Shown here piece after piece: positions 10,982 to 20,744 of a DNA stretch of 64,000 nucleotides. Under the pieces are notes generated by a model. The model saw only the letters and a program-made list of their open reading frames with translations, did not search any database and had not been told where the DNA came from. This DNA comes from Burkholderiales bacterium. GTDB lineage: Bacteria > Pseudomonadota > Gammaproteobacteria > Burkholderiales > Eutrophovitaceae. Within the stretch, counting starts at the first letter, position 1. The number at the start of each line of letters is the position of its first letter. The stretch is from positions 1,390 through 65,389 of the forward strand of contig JAURFP010000003.1 of assembly GCA_030834275.1 (NCBI GenBank), written 5' to 3'. The position numbers and the translations under genes were made by a program.

Positions 10982-11701
10982 ATGTCTATGGATGTAAATC
11001 TATCTCCCCTATCGCCAGTGGATTATGTCGCGCTTATTATTTTTTTGGCGAGTTGGGCGGGCTATCAATATTTTGCAACTAGTGCTGCGAAGCGTGGGAT
11101 TCCAAGTCTTATGAGTGTTATGAGTAAGTACCGTGAGGACTGGTGGCGGGGAACAATTCATCGAGATCTAAAAATTGTCGATGCCAATATCATCATGAAC
11201 CTTTCGAATGGAGCAACATTCTTCGCATCCACCACGATCCTGATTCTTGGAGCCCTGCTCGCATTGCTAGGGACGTCGGATAAAGCAATTGCGATCATGT
11301 CGGATCTTCCGTTTTCTAGCGAGAACCAGACCTTACTTTGGGAGCTTAAGATATTTCTTCTTCTCTCGATATTTGTGTACGCATTTTTTAAATTTACTTG
11401 GTCGCTGAGGCAGCACACTTTCTGCAGCGTATTGGTTGGAGCGGCTCCTGATCCAAACTCGGATCCTCAAGTATTAAAAGATTTTGTCGTGAAGGCAGCA
11501 GAGCTCGCCAGCGCGGCCTCAAACACTTTTAACTATGGGTTGAGGGCTTACTACTTCGGATTGTCTGTGCTTACTTGGTTCTGGAATAGCTGGTTTTTTA
11601 TTGTGGCGACTTTATTTGTAGTTACCGTACTTTACTATCGTGAATTCAAATCGGAGGCCTTAAAAGCGATGATCGGTGGGAACCCATCCAAAATATTATA
11701 A
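10982..11701 (+). CDS. integral membrane protein, DUF599-like
   Basis: 239 aa with about four hydrophobic helices. The resemblance to DUF599 is recalled by eye only. Confidence 0.5.
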   Translation: MSMDVNLSPLSPVDYVALIIFLASWAGYQYFATSAAKRGIPSLMSVMSKYREDWWRGTIHRDLKIVDANIIMNLSNGATFFASTTILILGALLALLGTSDKAIAIMSDLPFSSENQTLLWELKIFLLLSIFVYAFFKFTWSLRQHTFCSVLVGAAPDPNSDPQVLKDFVVKAAELASAASNTFNYGLRAYYFGLSVLTWFWNSWFFIVATLFVVTVLYYREFKSEALKAMIGGNPSKIL

Positions 11702-11750
11702 AAGAAGATATTGGATGGCTAAGAGGGGGATCCTCCAGGAGACGATATTC

Positions 11751-12365
11751 TCACCTTTTAGTGTTTGGCGATAATTCCCCGACTGTTTTTTTAGCAAAGC
11801 CGTTCGCTTCTGGAAAAAATGCAAAAAAATCACGCTCAATAGCCAAGTAGTTTGTTTTAAAGTTCTCAAATATTCCTGACAGATCTTTAGTTCGACTTAA
11901 TCTTTTTTCGACGCGTTCAATGGTTATCTTCAAGAAATCCAGATCTGCATATTTCTGAAGCCAGTCTTCCTCAACCATTAAGTCAAACCGAGGCCTTGCC
12001 TCCTCCGGTAAAAGGTGACGGTTTGTTCTGATAAGTTCATATACCCCTTCGGAAAAGTCTTTCAGCTTTTCCGGATGTAGTTCTGCCCAATTTTTGGAAA
12101 AATAATGGTCATAAAAAAGGTCGACAAATATCTTGGAAAATCGATACCGTTGTGATGTTAAGCGCATCGCACTGTCTACAAAATGTTTGTTCTGGTCGGC
12201 CCACGCATCCAGTCTGCGATGCAGTCGAATGCCCGCGACAATTTCTTTACCAAGAGTGCGTTCCGTGTCGTCTGTGATATAGCCTTTAATATGGTCACCA
12301 AGAAGGCTGCCCAGTTGCCAATCATTTGCCTTAGGTGAGAGAGCAAGATGTCCTAGATAATTCAA
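11751..12365 (-). CDS. acpH: acyl carrier protein phosphodiesterase-like (AcpH family)
   Basis: 204 aa. The N-terminus MNYLGHLALS...GSLLGDHIKG resembles the AcpH N-terminal motif (MNFLAHLHLA...). Confidence 0.65.
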   Translation of the reverse strand: MNYLGHLALSPKANDWQLGSLLGDHIKGYITDDTERTLGKEIVAGIRLHRRLDAWADQNKHFVDSAMRLTSQRYRFSKIFVDLFYDHYFSKNWAELHPEKLKDFSEGVYELIRTNRHLLPEEARPRFDLMVEEDWLQKYADLDFLKITIERVEKRLSRTKDLSGIFENFKTNYLAIERDFFAFFPEANGFAKKTVGELSPNTKR

Positions 12366-12387
12366 CGAGGATTGCTTCTTGTTTTGA

Positions 12388-14076
12388 TTACTTTAATTCT
12401 TCAGCAGCCTGGTGTGCACTGAGGAAAACTTTCCCGGGATTCAACAGTTCTAGTAGATGACTTTTCTCTAGTTTATCCATGACTGGTCCTTTGATATCAG
12501 AAAGGTGGAGGCGAACCTTAAGTTCGCGAGCCGATTCAAGCATGCGTTCCAATACCTCAAGTGCTGAGCTGTCAATCGTGTTTACGCTACTTAATACAAG
12601 GATGACGTCGGTAATGTTCTCCTCTTTTGCTAAATAATTTGCTGCTATCGATTCGAGAAAAGCTGCGTTTGCAAAAGTAAGGTTCTCGTCAACTCGTAAA
12701 AACAATAAATTCGGCCACGTCTCTACGTCATGTCGATTGATGTTTCGAAAATGTTCGCTACTTCGTACGCGACCCATTACGGCTACATGAGGCTTCGCCG
12801 CACGCAACGCTAATGTAACGAACGACAGGGCGATACCAATACCTAGACCCTCCTCGATGCCAAGGATGAGAACGCTCGCTGTGGTCGCTAGAATAATCAC
12901 CCCGTCAAAAACATCATATCTCCATATCCTAAGGATGCTTTTCACGTCGATGAGTTTGGAAACTGCGACGATAATTATCGCTGCTAGTGCTGCTTTGGGA
13001 ATGTTCTCTAATAAGGGGGTGAAGAAAAGCGCAACAATTCCTACGAGCATTGCAGTGATGATCGACGCTATCTGCGTTTTTGCGCCTGCTGCATAGTTGA
13101 CCATTGTTCTGGAGAAGCCTCCAGCTACAGGCATACCGCCAGACAGACCGCCCGCGAAATTGGCCGCTCCTAGTGCCAGTAATTCTTGATTGGTATCGAT
13201 TGCCTGTCTGTGTCGGTTCGCCAGCGTTTTAGATATAGAAACACTCTCGACGTAACCAACGAGTGCGATGAGTACTGAAGCAGGCAAAAGTTGTAAGACG
13301 ATATCTATCGAAGGAATGCTTAGTTTGAGCTGTGGTAATCCGCCCTGAATAGATCCCACAACATTGACAAATTTAAGCTCACCAACAGAAACCAAAAACG
13401 CTCCAGCAATAACAATAAATAACGGAGCGCATCGGGATAAAAGTTGAGCAATCCGTTCTTGAAATTTCATTTTTGTTAAAACTTTGATGAGTCCATTGCT
13501 CGCGAATAGCAGAAAAACTATACAAACCCCTCCGATTGCTAGCGTTACGCCATGATTAGCAGTGATCCCTTGGTCTATTGCAATCGCATATTCGTCAGGG
13601 CTCAGCGTTTTGGGTTTTTGAAAGCCTATTAAATTTGGAAGCTGACTAGCTATAATCAGGAGGGCGGCAGCATTGGTAAATCCGAGTAAGACCGAATGAC
13701 TCATAAAGTTAGCGATCGAGCCGAAGCGCAATAGCCCAAACACTGCAAGTGTGATGCCCGATAGAAAAGCCATGATAACCGCGGCGTCTAAAGCGGAGAC
13801 GGTCTCGGGAAGACCACTTAGTGTTTGTGCGACCATGATGGCCGCTACCGAGACTGGTCCTACGGCGAGGGTCCTGCTCGTTCCAAACAGCGCATAAATA
13901 ATTGGCGGCAGAACGCTTGCATACAAACCCACCTGGGCTGGGAGCCCCGCGAGAATACCAAAAGCCATTCCCTGTGGAACCAATAAAATGGCGGTTATTA
14001 TTCCGGCGACAAGGTCTCCCGAAAAGTCATCTTTAGTATAGGTTTTAATCCAGTTTCTGATCGGGAATAATGTCAT
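12388..14076 (-). CDS. SulP-family anion (sulfate) permease with C-terminal STAS domain
   Basis: 562-aa polytopic N-terminal domain (GDLVAGIITAILLVPQGMAFGILAGLP, typical SulP) followed by a soluble about 120-aa STAS-like tail. Confidence 0.9.
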   Translation of the reverse strand: MTLFPIRNWIKTYTKDDFSGDLVAGIITAILLVPQGMAFGILAGLPAQVGLYASVLPPIIYALFGTSRTLAVGPVSVAAIMVAQTLSGLPETVSALDAAVIMAFLSGITLAVFGLLRFGSIANFMSHSVLLGFTNAAALLIIASQLPNLIGFQKPKTLSPDEYAIAIDQGITANHGVTLAIGGVCIVFLLFASNGLIKVLTKMKFQERIAQLLSRCAPLFIVIAGAFLVSVGELKFVNVVGSIQGGLPQLKLSIPSIDIVLQLLPASVLIALVGYVESVSISKTLANRHRQAIDTNQELLALGAANFAGGLSGGMPVAGGFSRTMVNYAAGAKTQIASIITAMLVGIVALFFTPLLENIPKAALAAIIIVAVSKLIDVKSILRIWRYDVFDGVIILATTASVLILGIEEGLGIGIALSFVTLALRAAKPHVAVMGRVRSSEHFRNINRHDVETWPNLLFLRVDENLTFANAAFLESIAANYLAKEENITDVILVLSSVNTIDSSALEVLERMLESARELKVRLHLSDIKGPVMDKLEKSHLLELLNPGKVFLSAHQAAEELK

Positions 14077-14181
14077 GAGTTTTGATCGAATGATGTTTTC
14101 GAAGCATTTTCTCGAGCGCGATGTCGCTATCCGGTTATCATTCTATCTCCAAACCAGAACTTGAAGAAAACAGGCACCAAT

Positions 14182-15195
14182 ATGAGTATTTTAGAGGCTG
14201 CCAAAGCCGTAGATATTGCTACTGAGGTTGATAAAGAACCGAGACGTAAGAGGCTCCGGCAGATACTGCTAGAAACTATTAAAACGGGCGAGCAGGGCGG
14301 AATCGAATCGCTTATGTGGCTGCCACCTAGTCAAAGTGTTGGCAACGAAGTACGCAGTAGTATTGATACATTGCTTGGTAGTTGTGAAGATAATTCGCAG
14401 CTTAATGTTGTTTTTTTTGTGATGCCGGTAATTTTTGTCGTCGGTGGCGCTGGTGGCGGCTCATTAAGTGGTGTCATTCGAGAGCCTAATGAGCTTAGGT
14501 ATTTTTTTGAGGGCAAGGGGATACTCGGGCATTGCAAAAATTTTTCCCTTTGCCCTGTCCTCGTTGATATAGATGCCCTTAAGGCGATTGACTTGAAAAA
14601 TTTATTAGTCGTTGGAGAGGATTTTTCGCAGATTAGTGCGAGCTTAAAAAATTTTGATCCTGCCGACATTGCTGTCGACCCCAAGAGAGAGCAAGCGCAT
14701 CTCCGATTTATTTGTGGAATCGCGATCTCGGGGGCTGACTCCCCGAGTTTTCTTGAGTCTGCTGGGAATATCGGAATTTGGGGCATAGAATTCTCTCGGC
14801 TTTTGGTTAATCAATTTAAATTGGAAGGAGTGACTGTTCTCGGAATTCCGCGCTCGCCAAAAGCTTTAGTTTCAGGAATCGTAGAGGGATATAGGTGTCT
14901 ACGTGAAGTTGCGTTGCAGTTATTTTTAAGTAATGCGTTGAAGACTAGTCGATTAAAAACGGGGGAGCCAGATGTCGATATTAATTTGGTTGACCAGCAA
15001 CAGATAGCAGTCAGACTTAGTTCTGCGTTTGACGATACATTTAACCAGGAGTTTTCTCTTCCTGTAGCGCCTTATGAGTCGCAGTCCGAGATATTAGAGT
15101 TCGTCTGTAAATTTCTCGAGGATGTTGGATTGATTAACTATAAATTGGCAACAGGTGATTCAGGTACTAGAGTTGGTAAAGGTATGGTCCAGTAG
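14182..15195 (+). CDS. hypothetical protein (no family recognised)
   Basis: Long open frame (344 codons from TTG 14161, 338 from ATG 14182) in a gene-dense region. There is no signal peptide, and I recognise no motif except a hydrophobic strand plus Gly-rich loop (VVFFVMPVIFVVGGAGGGS). The start codon is uncertain and the SD is weak. Confidence 0.5.
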   Translation: MSILEAAKAVDIATEVDKEPRRKRLRQILLETIKTGEQGGIESLMWLPPSQSVGNEVRSSIDTLLGSCEDNSQLNVVFFVMPVIFVVGGAGGGSLSGVIREPNELRYFFEGKGILGHCKNFSLCPVLVDIDALKAIDLKNLLVVGEDFSQISASLKNFDPADIAVDPKREQAHLRFICGIAISGADSPSFLESAGNIGIWGIEFSRLLVNQFKLEGVTVLGIPRSPKALVSGIVEGYRCLREVALQLFLSNALKTSRLKTGEPDVDINLVDQQQIAVRLSSAFDDTFNQEFSLPVAPYESQSEILEFVCKFLEDVGLINYKLATGDSGTRVGKGMVQ

Positions 15196-15236
15196 CTGTG
15201 TCAGGGTGCGTCGAATTGAGATTTTGGAGATAAAAA

Positions 15237-15920
15237 ATGAAAACGGTTCTGGTTACTGGGGCTGCTAAAGGTATCGGTCTCGCCACGGCGAAGCTTTTTC
15301 AGGATAAGGGCTGGAAGGTTCTTTCGCTTGATAAGCAATTTGGATCTGAGGTGGTTGGGGAAAAAGTCATCTTCGACCTTCGAGATTTTTTCTCGATACC
15401 TAAACTCATTCGAAACCTGGATCCAATCGATACCCTCGTCAATAATGCTGCGGTTTTATATTGCGATGAGCTTGGAAAAATCCCGGTCGATCATATCGAG
15501 GAAATTTTATCCGTCAATTTGCGTGCGCCAGTAGCCCTCATGGATGCTGTTATCCCGGGGATGCAAGGTCGCAAGCAAGGAAGGGTTGTATCGGTTGGCT
15601 CTGTCTCCGCGTTTACTGGGCATCCTGATCTTTGGTACGGGGCTACAAAAGCCGCGCTTCTCAATATCACAAAAAGTTATGCGGGTCAGTTTGGGAGCGA
15701 TGGAATCATCGTTAATGCAGTAGCGCCCGGACCTACGCGAACGGATATGTATGATCAGTTACCCGAATCGCGAAAACAGTCAGTCATGAAAAGCGTACAT
15801 TTTTCGAGGCCATGTGAGCCATCGGAAGTGGCGCAAACGATATTCTGGCTTGGGTCGGACAGTCCAGAGTACATATCTGGAACCACTGTTGACGTGAACG
15901 CGGGTTCCTATCCGCGTTAG
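15237..15920 (+). CDS. short-chain dehydrogenase/reductase (SDR)
   Basis: 227 aa with TGAAKGIG cofactor motif, NNAA and catalytic YGATKAA (YxxxK). Confidence 0.85.
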   Translation: MKTVLVTGAAKGIGLATAKLFQDKGWKVLSLDKQFGSEVVGEKVIFDLRDFFSIPKLIRNLDPIDTLVNNAAVLYCDELGKIPVDHIEEILSVNLRAPVALMDAVIPGMQGRKQGRVVSVGSVSAFTGHPDLWYGATKAALLNITKSYAGQFGSDGIIVNAVAPGPTRTDMYDQLPESRKQSVMKSVHFSRPCEPSEVAQTIFWLGSDSPEYISGTTVDVNAGSYPR

Positions 15921-15941
15921 CGATGCGAACGCCGCTGCCGC

Positions 15942-16928
15942 ATGAGTGAAACTCCATACCAGGGACTGACGCCAGATGTAATTTTGAATTCTCTGGAGAG
16001 CATTGGTTTGCGGCCGACTGGTCATTTGTTCGCTCTTAACAGCTACGAAAACCGCGTGTACCAGATTGGTATAGAGGCCGATAGTGACGAAATTTTTTAC
16101 GTAGCAAAGTATTACCGCCCTAGCCGGTGGACTTCCAGCCAAATCTTGGAGGAGCATAGTTTCGCTGAAGAGTTATTTGAAAATGAAATCCCGGTGATCC
16201 CGCCTCTTCGGTTGCTTGATAAGACATTATTTGAGTTTAGTGATTTCTATTTCGCGTTATTTGAAAAATCTGGAGGTAGAGCACCCGAGCTTGAGGATAG
16301 AGAGACGCTACAATGGATCGGTAGATTTATTGGAAGAATTCATGCGGTTGGGGCGGTGAGATCTTTCCGCCATCGGACTGCTCTGACTCCAGATGTTTTT
16401 GGGCGGAGTGCAGCCAATTTTTTAATTGCTAATAATTTTATTCCTCCCGAGCTTAAAAAAATCTACGCAGAGTTAGTTGATTTGGCGCTTGATCTGATCG
16501 ATATGAATTTTAAGCGAGTTAAAGGACTTCAGACACAACGTATTCTTGGAGACTGCCACCCAGGCAACATACTTTGGAGGATTAATGATGGCCCTCGGTT
16601 CGTTGATCTTGATGACTCTATGATGGGGCCAGCTGTGCAGGACCTGTGGATGATGTTATCGGGGGACGAGGAGTTGGCCACTCAACAGCTCGATTGGTTA
16701 CTTAGCGGTTATGAAGACTTTACCGCCTTTGATAGATCAGAGCTGATTTTGGTGGAGCCGCTAAGAACGATGAGAATAATCTACTACGCGGGATGGCTGG
16801 CTCGGCGTTGGAGCGATCCCGCCTTTGGGCAGGCATTTCCTTGGTTTAATACGCAAGCGTATTGGGAGCAACATATCGGGCACTTGCGTGAGCAGGTGGG
16901 CTTATTGCAAGAGAATCCTTGGCTCTAG
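15942..16928 (+). CDS. srkA: stress-response serine/threonine kinase SrkA (RdoA/YihE family)
   Basis: 328 aa. The N-terminus (LTPDVILNSLESIGL...LNSYENRVYQIG) and the block GDCHPGNILW are characteristic of YihE/RdoA kinases. Confidence 0.85.
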   Translation: MSETPYQGLTPDVILNSLESIGLRPTGHLFALNSYENRVYQIGIEADSDEIFYVAKYYRPSRWTSSQILEEHSFAEELFENEIPVIPPLRLLDKTLFEFSDFYFALFEKSGGRAPELEDRETLQWIGRFIGRIHAVGAVRSFRHRTALTPDVFGRSAANFLIANNFIPPELKKIYAELVDLALDLIDMNFKRVKGLQTQRILGDCHPGNILWRINDGPRFVDLDDSMMGPAVQDLWMMLSGDEELATQQLDWLLSGYEDFTAFDRSELILVEPLRTMRIIYYAGWLARRWSDPAFGQAFPWFNTQAYWEQHIGHLREQVGLLQENPWL

Positions 16929-17033
16929 TTGGCGTATACCTCGACAATTTCAGAGAGCTATTTTTGGAGGCTGTTTTCACGAGATGGTTTGTTTTCTGAG
17001 ACAATAAAGGTAACCAATCAGGAAAGGAACTGC

Positions 17034-18251
17034 ATGCTTTACGCGTTTCACGAGTTTCAAAGAGCAATGATGTCTCCTGCTGTGTTTTTAGCCGATGCTC
17101 TCAGGCAATCGGTATCCAGCCCTCTTAACCCTTTTAGGGCATTTCCCGTGAGCAGGACAATCGCAGCGAATAGTGAACTTTTCTCGCGACTGATGCAGCG
17201 TTATCACAAGCCGGACTGGGATATCAAAGAAGTGGAGATCGATGGGGAGTCGGTTGAGATACTCCAAGAAGTTTCGCTTGAGAAGCCTTTTTGTCGGTTA
17301 GTACATTTTCAGAAAGAGCGCGAGTTATCTCAGCCCAAACTTTTGATAGTCGCCCCGCTTTCTGGACACTTTGCTACGTTGTTACGCGATACAGTGCGAA
17401 CTGCTTTGGTCGATCATGACGTTTGGGTGACGGATTGGGTTGATGCCAAGATGGTGCCTGTCGCCGATGGAGATTTTGATCTTGAGAACTATGTCGAATA
17501 CGTCCAGGAATTCATTCGACATCTTTCTCCCGATTTGCATGTGATGTCGGTTTGTCAGCCCACTGTACCAGTGCTCGCGGCTATTTCTCTTATGGCTTCT
17601 AGAGGGGAAGAATCATTCCCTAGATCGATGATCATGATGGGGGGGCCGATTGATGCGAGACGGAGTCCCACCGCGGTGAATAAATTCGCAGATGAGCATT
17701 CTCATACCTGGTTTGCGAATCAAATGATCATGCGTGTTCCACAAAATTATCCTGGACACACTCGGAGGGTTTATCCTGGGTTTATGCAACACGCCAGTTT
17801 TCTCGCGATGAATCCAGACCGGCACCTGAATGCGCATTGGGAATTTTATAACTACCTCATGCAGGGAGATGGAGACAGCGCTGAGGCACATCGACAGTTC
17901 TACGATGAATATAATGCGGTACTAGATATGGCGGCAAACTACTATCTCGATACGGTCCGTGTTGTCTTCCAGCAGTTCTTATTGCCCAAGGGCAAGTGGG
18001 TGATTAACGGTGAGAAAGTGGATCCTAGTGCGATCAGGGATACTGCCCTATTTACTATTGAGGGCGAGCTCGACGATATATCTGGTAATGGCCAAACGGA
18101 GGCGGCTCACTCTCTCTGCGAGGGCATAGCCAAGAAAAATAAAAAACATCTGCTCGCAAAATCTGTCGGGCATTATGGAATTTTCAGTGGAAGGAAGTTT
18201 AGAGAAATCATCTATCCACAGATAACACGATTCATTAGTAGACATAATTAA
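17034..18251 (+). CDS. phaZ: intracellular polyhydroxyalkanoate (PHB) depolymerase PhaZ family
   Basis: Starts MLYAFHEFQRAMMSPA, typical of the intracellular PhaZ family. An AAAGGA SD-like element lies upstream of ATG 17034. The upstream TTG extension (16929) is judged spurious. Confidence 0.8.
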   Translation: MLYAFHEFQRAMMSPAVFLADALRQSVSSPLNPFRAFPVSRTIAANSELFSRLMQRYHKPDWDIKEVEIDGESVEILQEVSLEKPFCRLVHFQKERELSQPKLLIVAPLSGHFATLLRDTVRTALVDHDVWVTDWVDAKMVPVADGDFDLENYVEYVQEFIRHLSPDLHVMSVCQPTVPVLAAISLMASRGEESFPRSMIMMGGPIDARRSPTAVNKFADEHSHTWFANQMIMRVPQNYPGHTRRVYPGFMQHASFLAMNPDRHLNAHWEFYNYLMQGDGDSAEAHRQFYDEYNAVLDMAANYYLDTVRVVFQQFLLPKGKWVINGEKVDPSAIRDTALFTIEGELDDISGNGQTEAAHSLCEGIAKKNKKHLLAKSVGHYGIFSGRKFREIIYPQITRFISRHN

Positions 18252-18305
18252 TTCGGTGTTTGTGAAAGATAAAGTCTTGGTTATTTTTTCCTGAGGTAAT
18301 TTTCA

Positions 18306-18806
18306 ATGGGTTCAATTGATAATGTATTGCTATCCGCCGTTGGTATGCAGAAGGATATCGTTGAAAAAGCGATCCCGGAGGACGAACGAGTTTGGGTGCC
18401 ACAAGCGCAAGGGGTGTGGTTCAGGCCTCTTATGCTGAATACCGTATCGGGTGGATGGTTCAATCTGTTGCGCGTTAGAAAATCTGGAGTACTTTCGCGG
18501 CACCGTCATCCGATGGCAGTGTATGGTTTTGTAATCAAAGGCCATTGGCGATATCTAGAGCACGATTGGATCGCTCAAGAAGGCGGGTTTGTTTATGAGC
18601 CACCAGGAGAGGTCCATACGCTAGTTGTTGACGAAGGGGTTGAAGAGATGATCACGTTGTTCAACGTGAATGGCGCTATGATCTACGTCGACGAGGCGGG
18701 AGAGCCGATTGGTTACGAGGATGTTTTTTCAAAAATTGAGATGTGCCGACAGCATTACGATAGTAACGGTTTAGGTGCGAATTTTGTTGATCAATTTATT
18801 CGTTGA
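18306..18806 (+). CDS. cupin-fold protein, 2,4'-dihydroxyacetophenone dioxygenase-like family
   Basis: 166 aa with the block LSRHRHPMAVYGFVIKGHWRYLEHDWIAQEGGFVYEPPGEVHTLV, which resembles that cupin family. Confidence 0.65.
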   Translation: MGSIDNVLLSAVGMQKDIVEKAIPEDERVWVPQAQGVWFRPLMLNTVSGGWFNLLRVRKSGVLSRHRHPMAVYGFVIKGHWRYLEHDWIAQEGGFVYEPPGEVHTLVVDEGVEEMITLFNVNGAMIYVDEAGEPIGYEDVFSKIEMCRQHYDSNGLGANFVDQFIR

Positions 18807-18839
18807 AAAATTGATTAAATTATTTTGGAGATTGAAGTT

Positions 18840-19811
18840 ATGACGAAGGTTGTGAAATTTCATAAAACCGGTGGTCCTGAGGTTTTGTCGTACGAAGATG
18901 CAGTACTTGGAAAGCCTGGTAAGGGTGAAGCTCTCGTCCGACACACGGCGATAGGATTAAATTTTATTGACACCTATCATCGTTCTGGACTTTATCCATT
19001 GCCACTCCCTAGTGGTATTGGTTTAGAGGGTGCGGGATTCGTCGAGGCCGTTGGAGCCGGTTGCAAGAACGTCAAAGTAGGCGATCGCGTAGCTTATGCG
19101 GGAGGTGTTCCTGGTGCATATTCCGAGGCGCGCGTTATGTCAGAGGAGAAGTTGGTAAAGATTCCCCACGGAGTATCGGATGACGAGGCTGCGGCAGTGA
19201 TGCTCAAGGGTTTAACCGTTCAAGCGCTCATCCGAAGAGTATATCGAGTTCAAAAGGGCGAGACAGTATTGTTCCATGCTGCGGCTGGTGGAGTGGGCCT
19301 CATAGCGTGCCAGTGGTTAAATGCTCTTGGCGCTACGGTAATTGGCACGGTCGGCTCTGACGAAAAAGCAAAAATCGCGAAAGCTCATGGATGTAAACAT
19401 ACGATTGTTTATACTCGAGAGAATTTTGTTGAACGTGTGAAAGCGATTACGAAGGGACGAGGCGTTCCGGTGGTCTATGATTCGGTGGGGAAAGATACAT
19501 TTCATGGGTCTCTAGAATGCTTGCAGCCAAGAGGTTTGCTTGCGGTGTTTGGTAATGGTTCGGGACCAGTTAAGGACGTCGATGTAAACATTCTTGCGAG
19601 GGGTTCTTTTTATCTCAGCCGTCCAACCGTGATGACTTATACGGCTCAGCGATCGGACCTTGAGGCCGGTGCTCGAGAGGTGTTTAGTATGGTGAAGTCT
19701 GGAAAAGTTAAGATCGAGATAAACCAACGCTATGCGCTTTCTCAGGCAAAACAGGCGCATATCGATCTGCAGGCTCGTAAGACGACTGGTTCGACTGTTC
19801 TAAAGCCATAA
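18840..19811 (+). CDS. qor: NADPH:quinone oxidoreductase (zeta-crystallin-type MDR)
   Basis: About 323-aa MDR fold with the nucleotide motif AAAGGVGL. ATG 18840 is preceded by GGAG (18827-18830). Confidence 0.85.
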   Translation: MTKVVKFHKTGGPEVLSYEDAVLGKPGKGEALVRHTAIGLNFIDTYHRSGLYPLPLPSGIGLEGAGFVEAVGAGCKNVKVGDRVAYAGGVPGAYSEARVMSEEKLVKIPHGVSDDEAAAVMLKGLTVQALIRRVYRVQKGETVLFHAAAGGVGLIACQWLNALGATVIGTVGSDEKAKIAKAHGCKHTIVYTRENFVERVKAITKGRGVPVVYDSVGKDTFHGSLECLQPRGLLAVFGNGSGPVKDVDVNILARGSFYLSRPTVMTYTAQRSDLEAGAREVFSMVKSGKVKIEINQRYALSQAKQAHIDLQARKTTGSTVLKP

Positions 19812-19836
19812 ACTAAAGTCTTTTCAAAAAGGACTG

Positions 19837-19866
19837 AAAAACGCTGCTAAATGCAGCGTTTTTTTA
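19837..19866 (+). terminator. rho-independent terminator after qor
   Basis: The stem AACGCTGC / GCAGCGTT (19840-19847 and 19853-19860) has loop TAAAT and is followed by a T-run. Confidence 0.8.
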
Positions 19867-19948
19867 TGGTAACGTCGTAACGTATGAGATCAAAAGTTTA
19901 AGTTTGTAGAGCCGCTGAGTTTTAGGCTTACGTATCGTCGGGGGGTAT

Positions 19949-20704
19949 ATGTTCAAACTTGAGGGAAAGCGTGCGTTGGTAACAGGGGCCTCTAGGGGTT
20001 TGGGTTGGCAAATGGCGAAGTCCCTAGCACAACAAGGGGCTCATGTTTTTCTCAATGCGAGAGATGCTAGCCTTCTACAACAAAAGGTTAATGAGCTCTT
20101 GGCGGAGGGATTGCGAGTTGAGAGTCTTCCTTTTGATGTTACCGATTCAGATGCCCTAAATCGTGCGGTGTCACAGTTGGAAGATCTTTATCAAGGCGTT
20201 GATATTTTGATTGCGAATGCTGGTATTCAGTATCGATCTCCGATATCTGAATTTGAGAAATCCGACTTTACGCGTGTCATCAATACGAATTTAACGGCTG
20301 TCTGGGAGTTAGCTAAAGTTTGTTCCCGCTCGATGGTAAAAAATAGTTGGGGGCGCATTATTTTCACGGGGTCTATCACCGCAGAGCTCGGAAGGGCTAC
20401 CATTTCTGGTTACATAGCCGCAAAGGGTGGTGTGCATGCGTTATGTCGTCAACTCGCAGTTGAGTTGGGGGATAAGGGCGTCACGGTAAATACGATTGCG
20501 CCGGGATATTTTTCTACGGAGATGAACTCTGCGCTTGTAAGCGATAAGGATTTCAGTGAATGGGTTTGTTCGAGGGTGCCCGTGCGGCGTTGGGGCTCTC
20601 CTCAGGAGATTGGGCCTGCGGCCGTGTTTCTCGCATCCAATGAGGCGGCATATGTTAACGGTCATGTGCTGACCGTTGATGGCGGGTTTAGTATTTCTAT
20701 GTAA
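19949..20704 (+). CDS. SDR oxidoreductase (gluconate 5-dehydrogenase / KduD-like)
   Basis: 251 aa with TGASRGLG, NAGI and YIAAKGG (YxxxK). Confidence 0.85.
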   Translation: MFKLEGKRALVTGASRGLGWQMAKSLAQQGAHVFLNARDASLLQQKVNELLAEGLRVESLPFDVTDSDALNRAVSQLEDLYQGVDILIANAGIQYRSPISEFEKSDFTRVINTNLTAVWELAKVCSRSMVKNSWGRIIFTGSITAELGRATISGYIAAKGGVHALCRQLAVELGDKGVTVNTIAPGYFSTEMNSALVSDKDFSEWVCSRVPVRRWGSPQEIGPAAVFLASNEAAYVNGHVLTVDGGFSISM

Positions 20705-20744
20705 GCGTGTCCTTCATGAGTTTTTATTTTGGATAGGAAATATT

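Noticed and set aside
14331-14786. 151-aa minus-strand ORF inside the orphan gene 14161-15195, considered as the real gene
   Set aside because: The plus-strand frame is more than twice as long and fills the intergenic space exactly. The minus ORF is Pro/Ser-rich. The plus-strand gene itself remains only moderately supported.
16929-17033. TTG-initiated 35-codon N-terminal extension of phaZ given by the ORF track
   Set aside because: It would start 1 nt after the srkA stop. The family N-terminus (MLY.FHEFQRA) begins at ATG 17034, which has an SD-like AAAGGA upstream.
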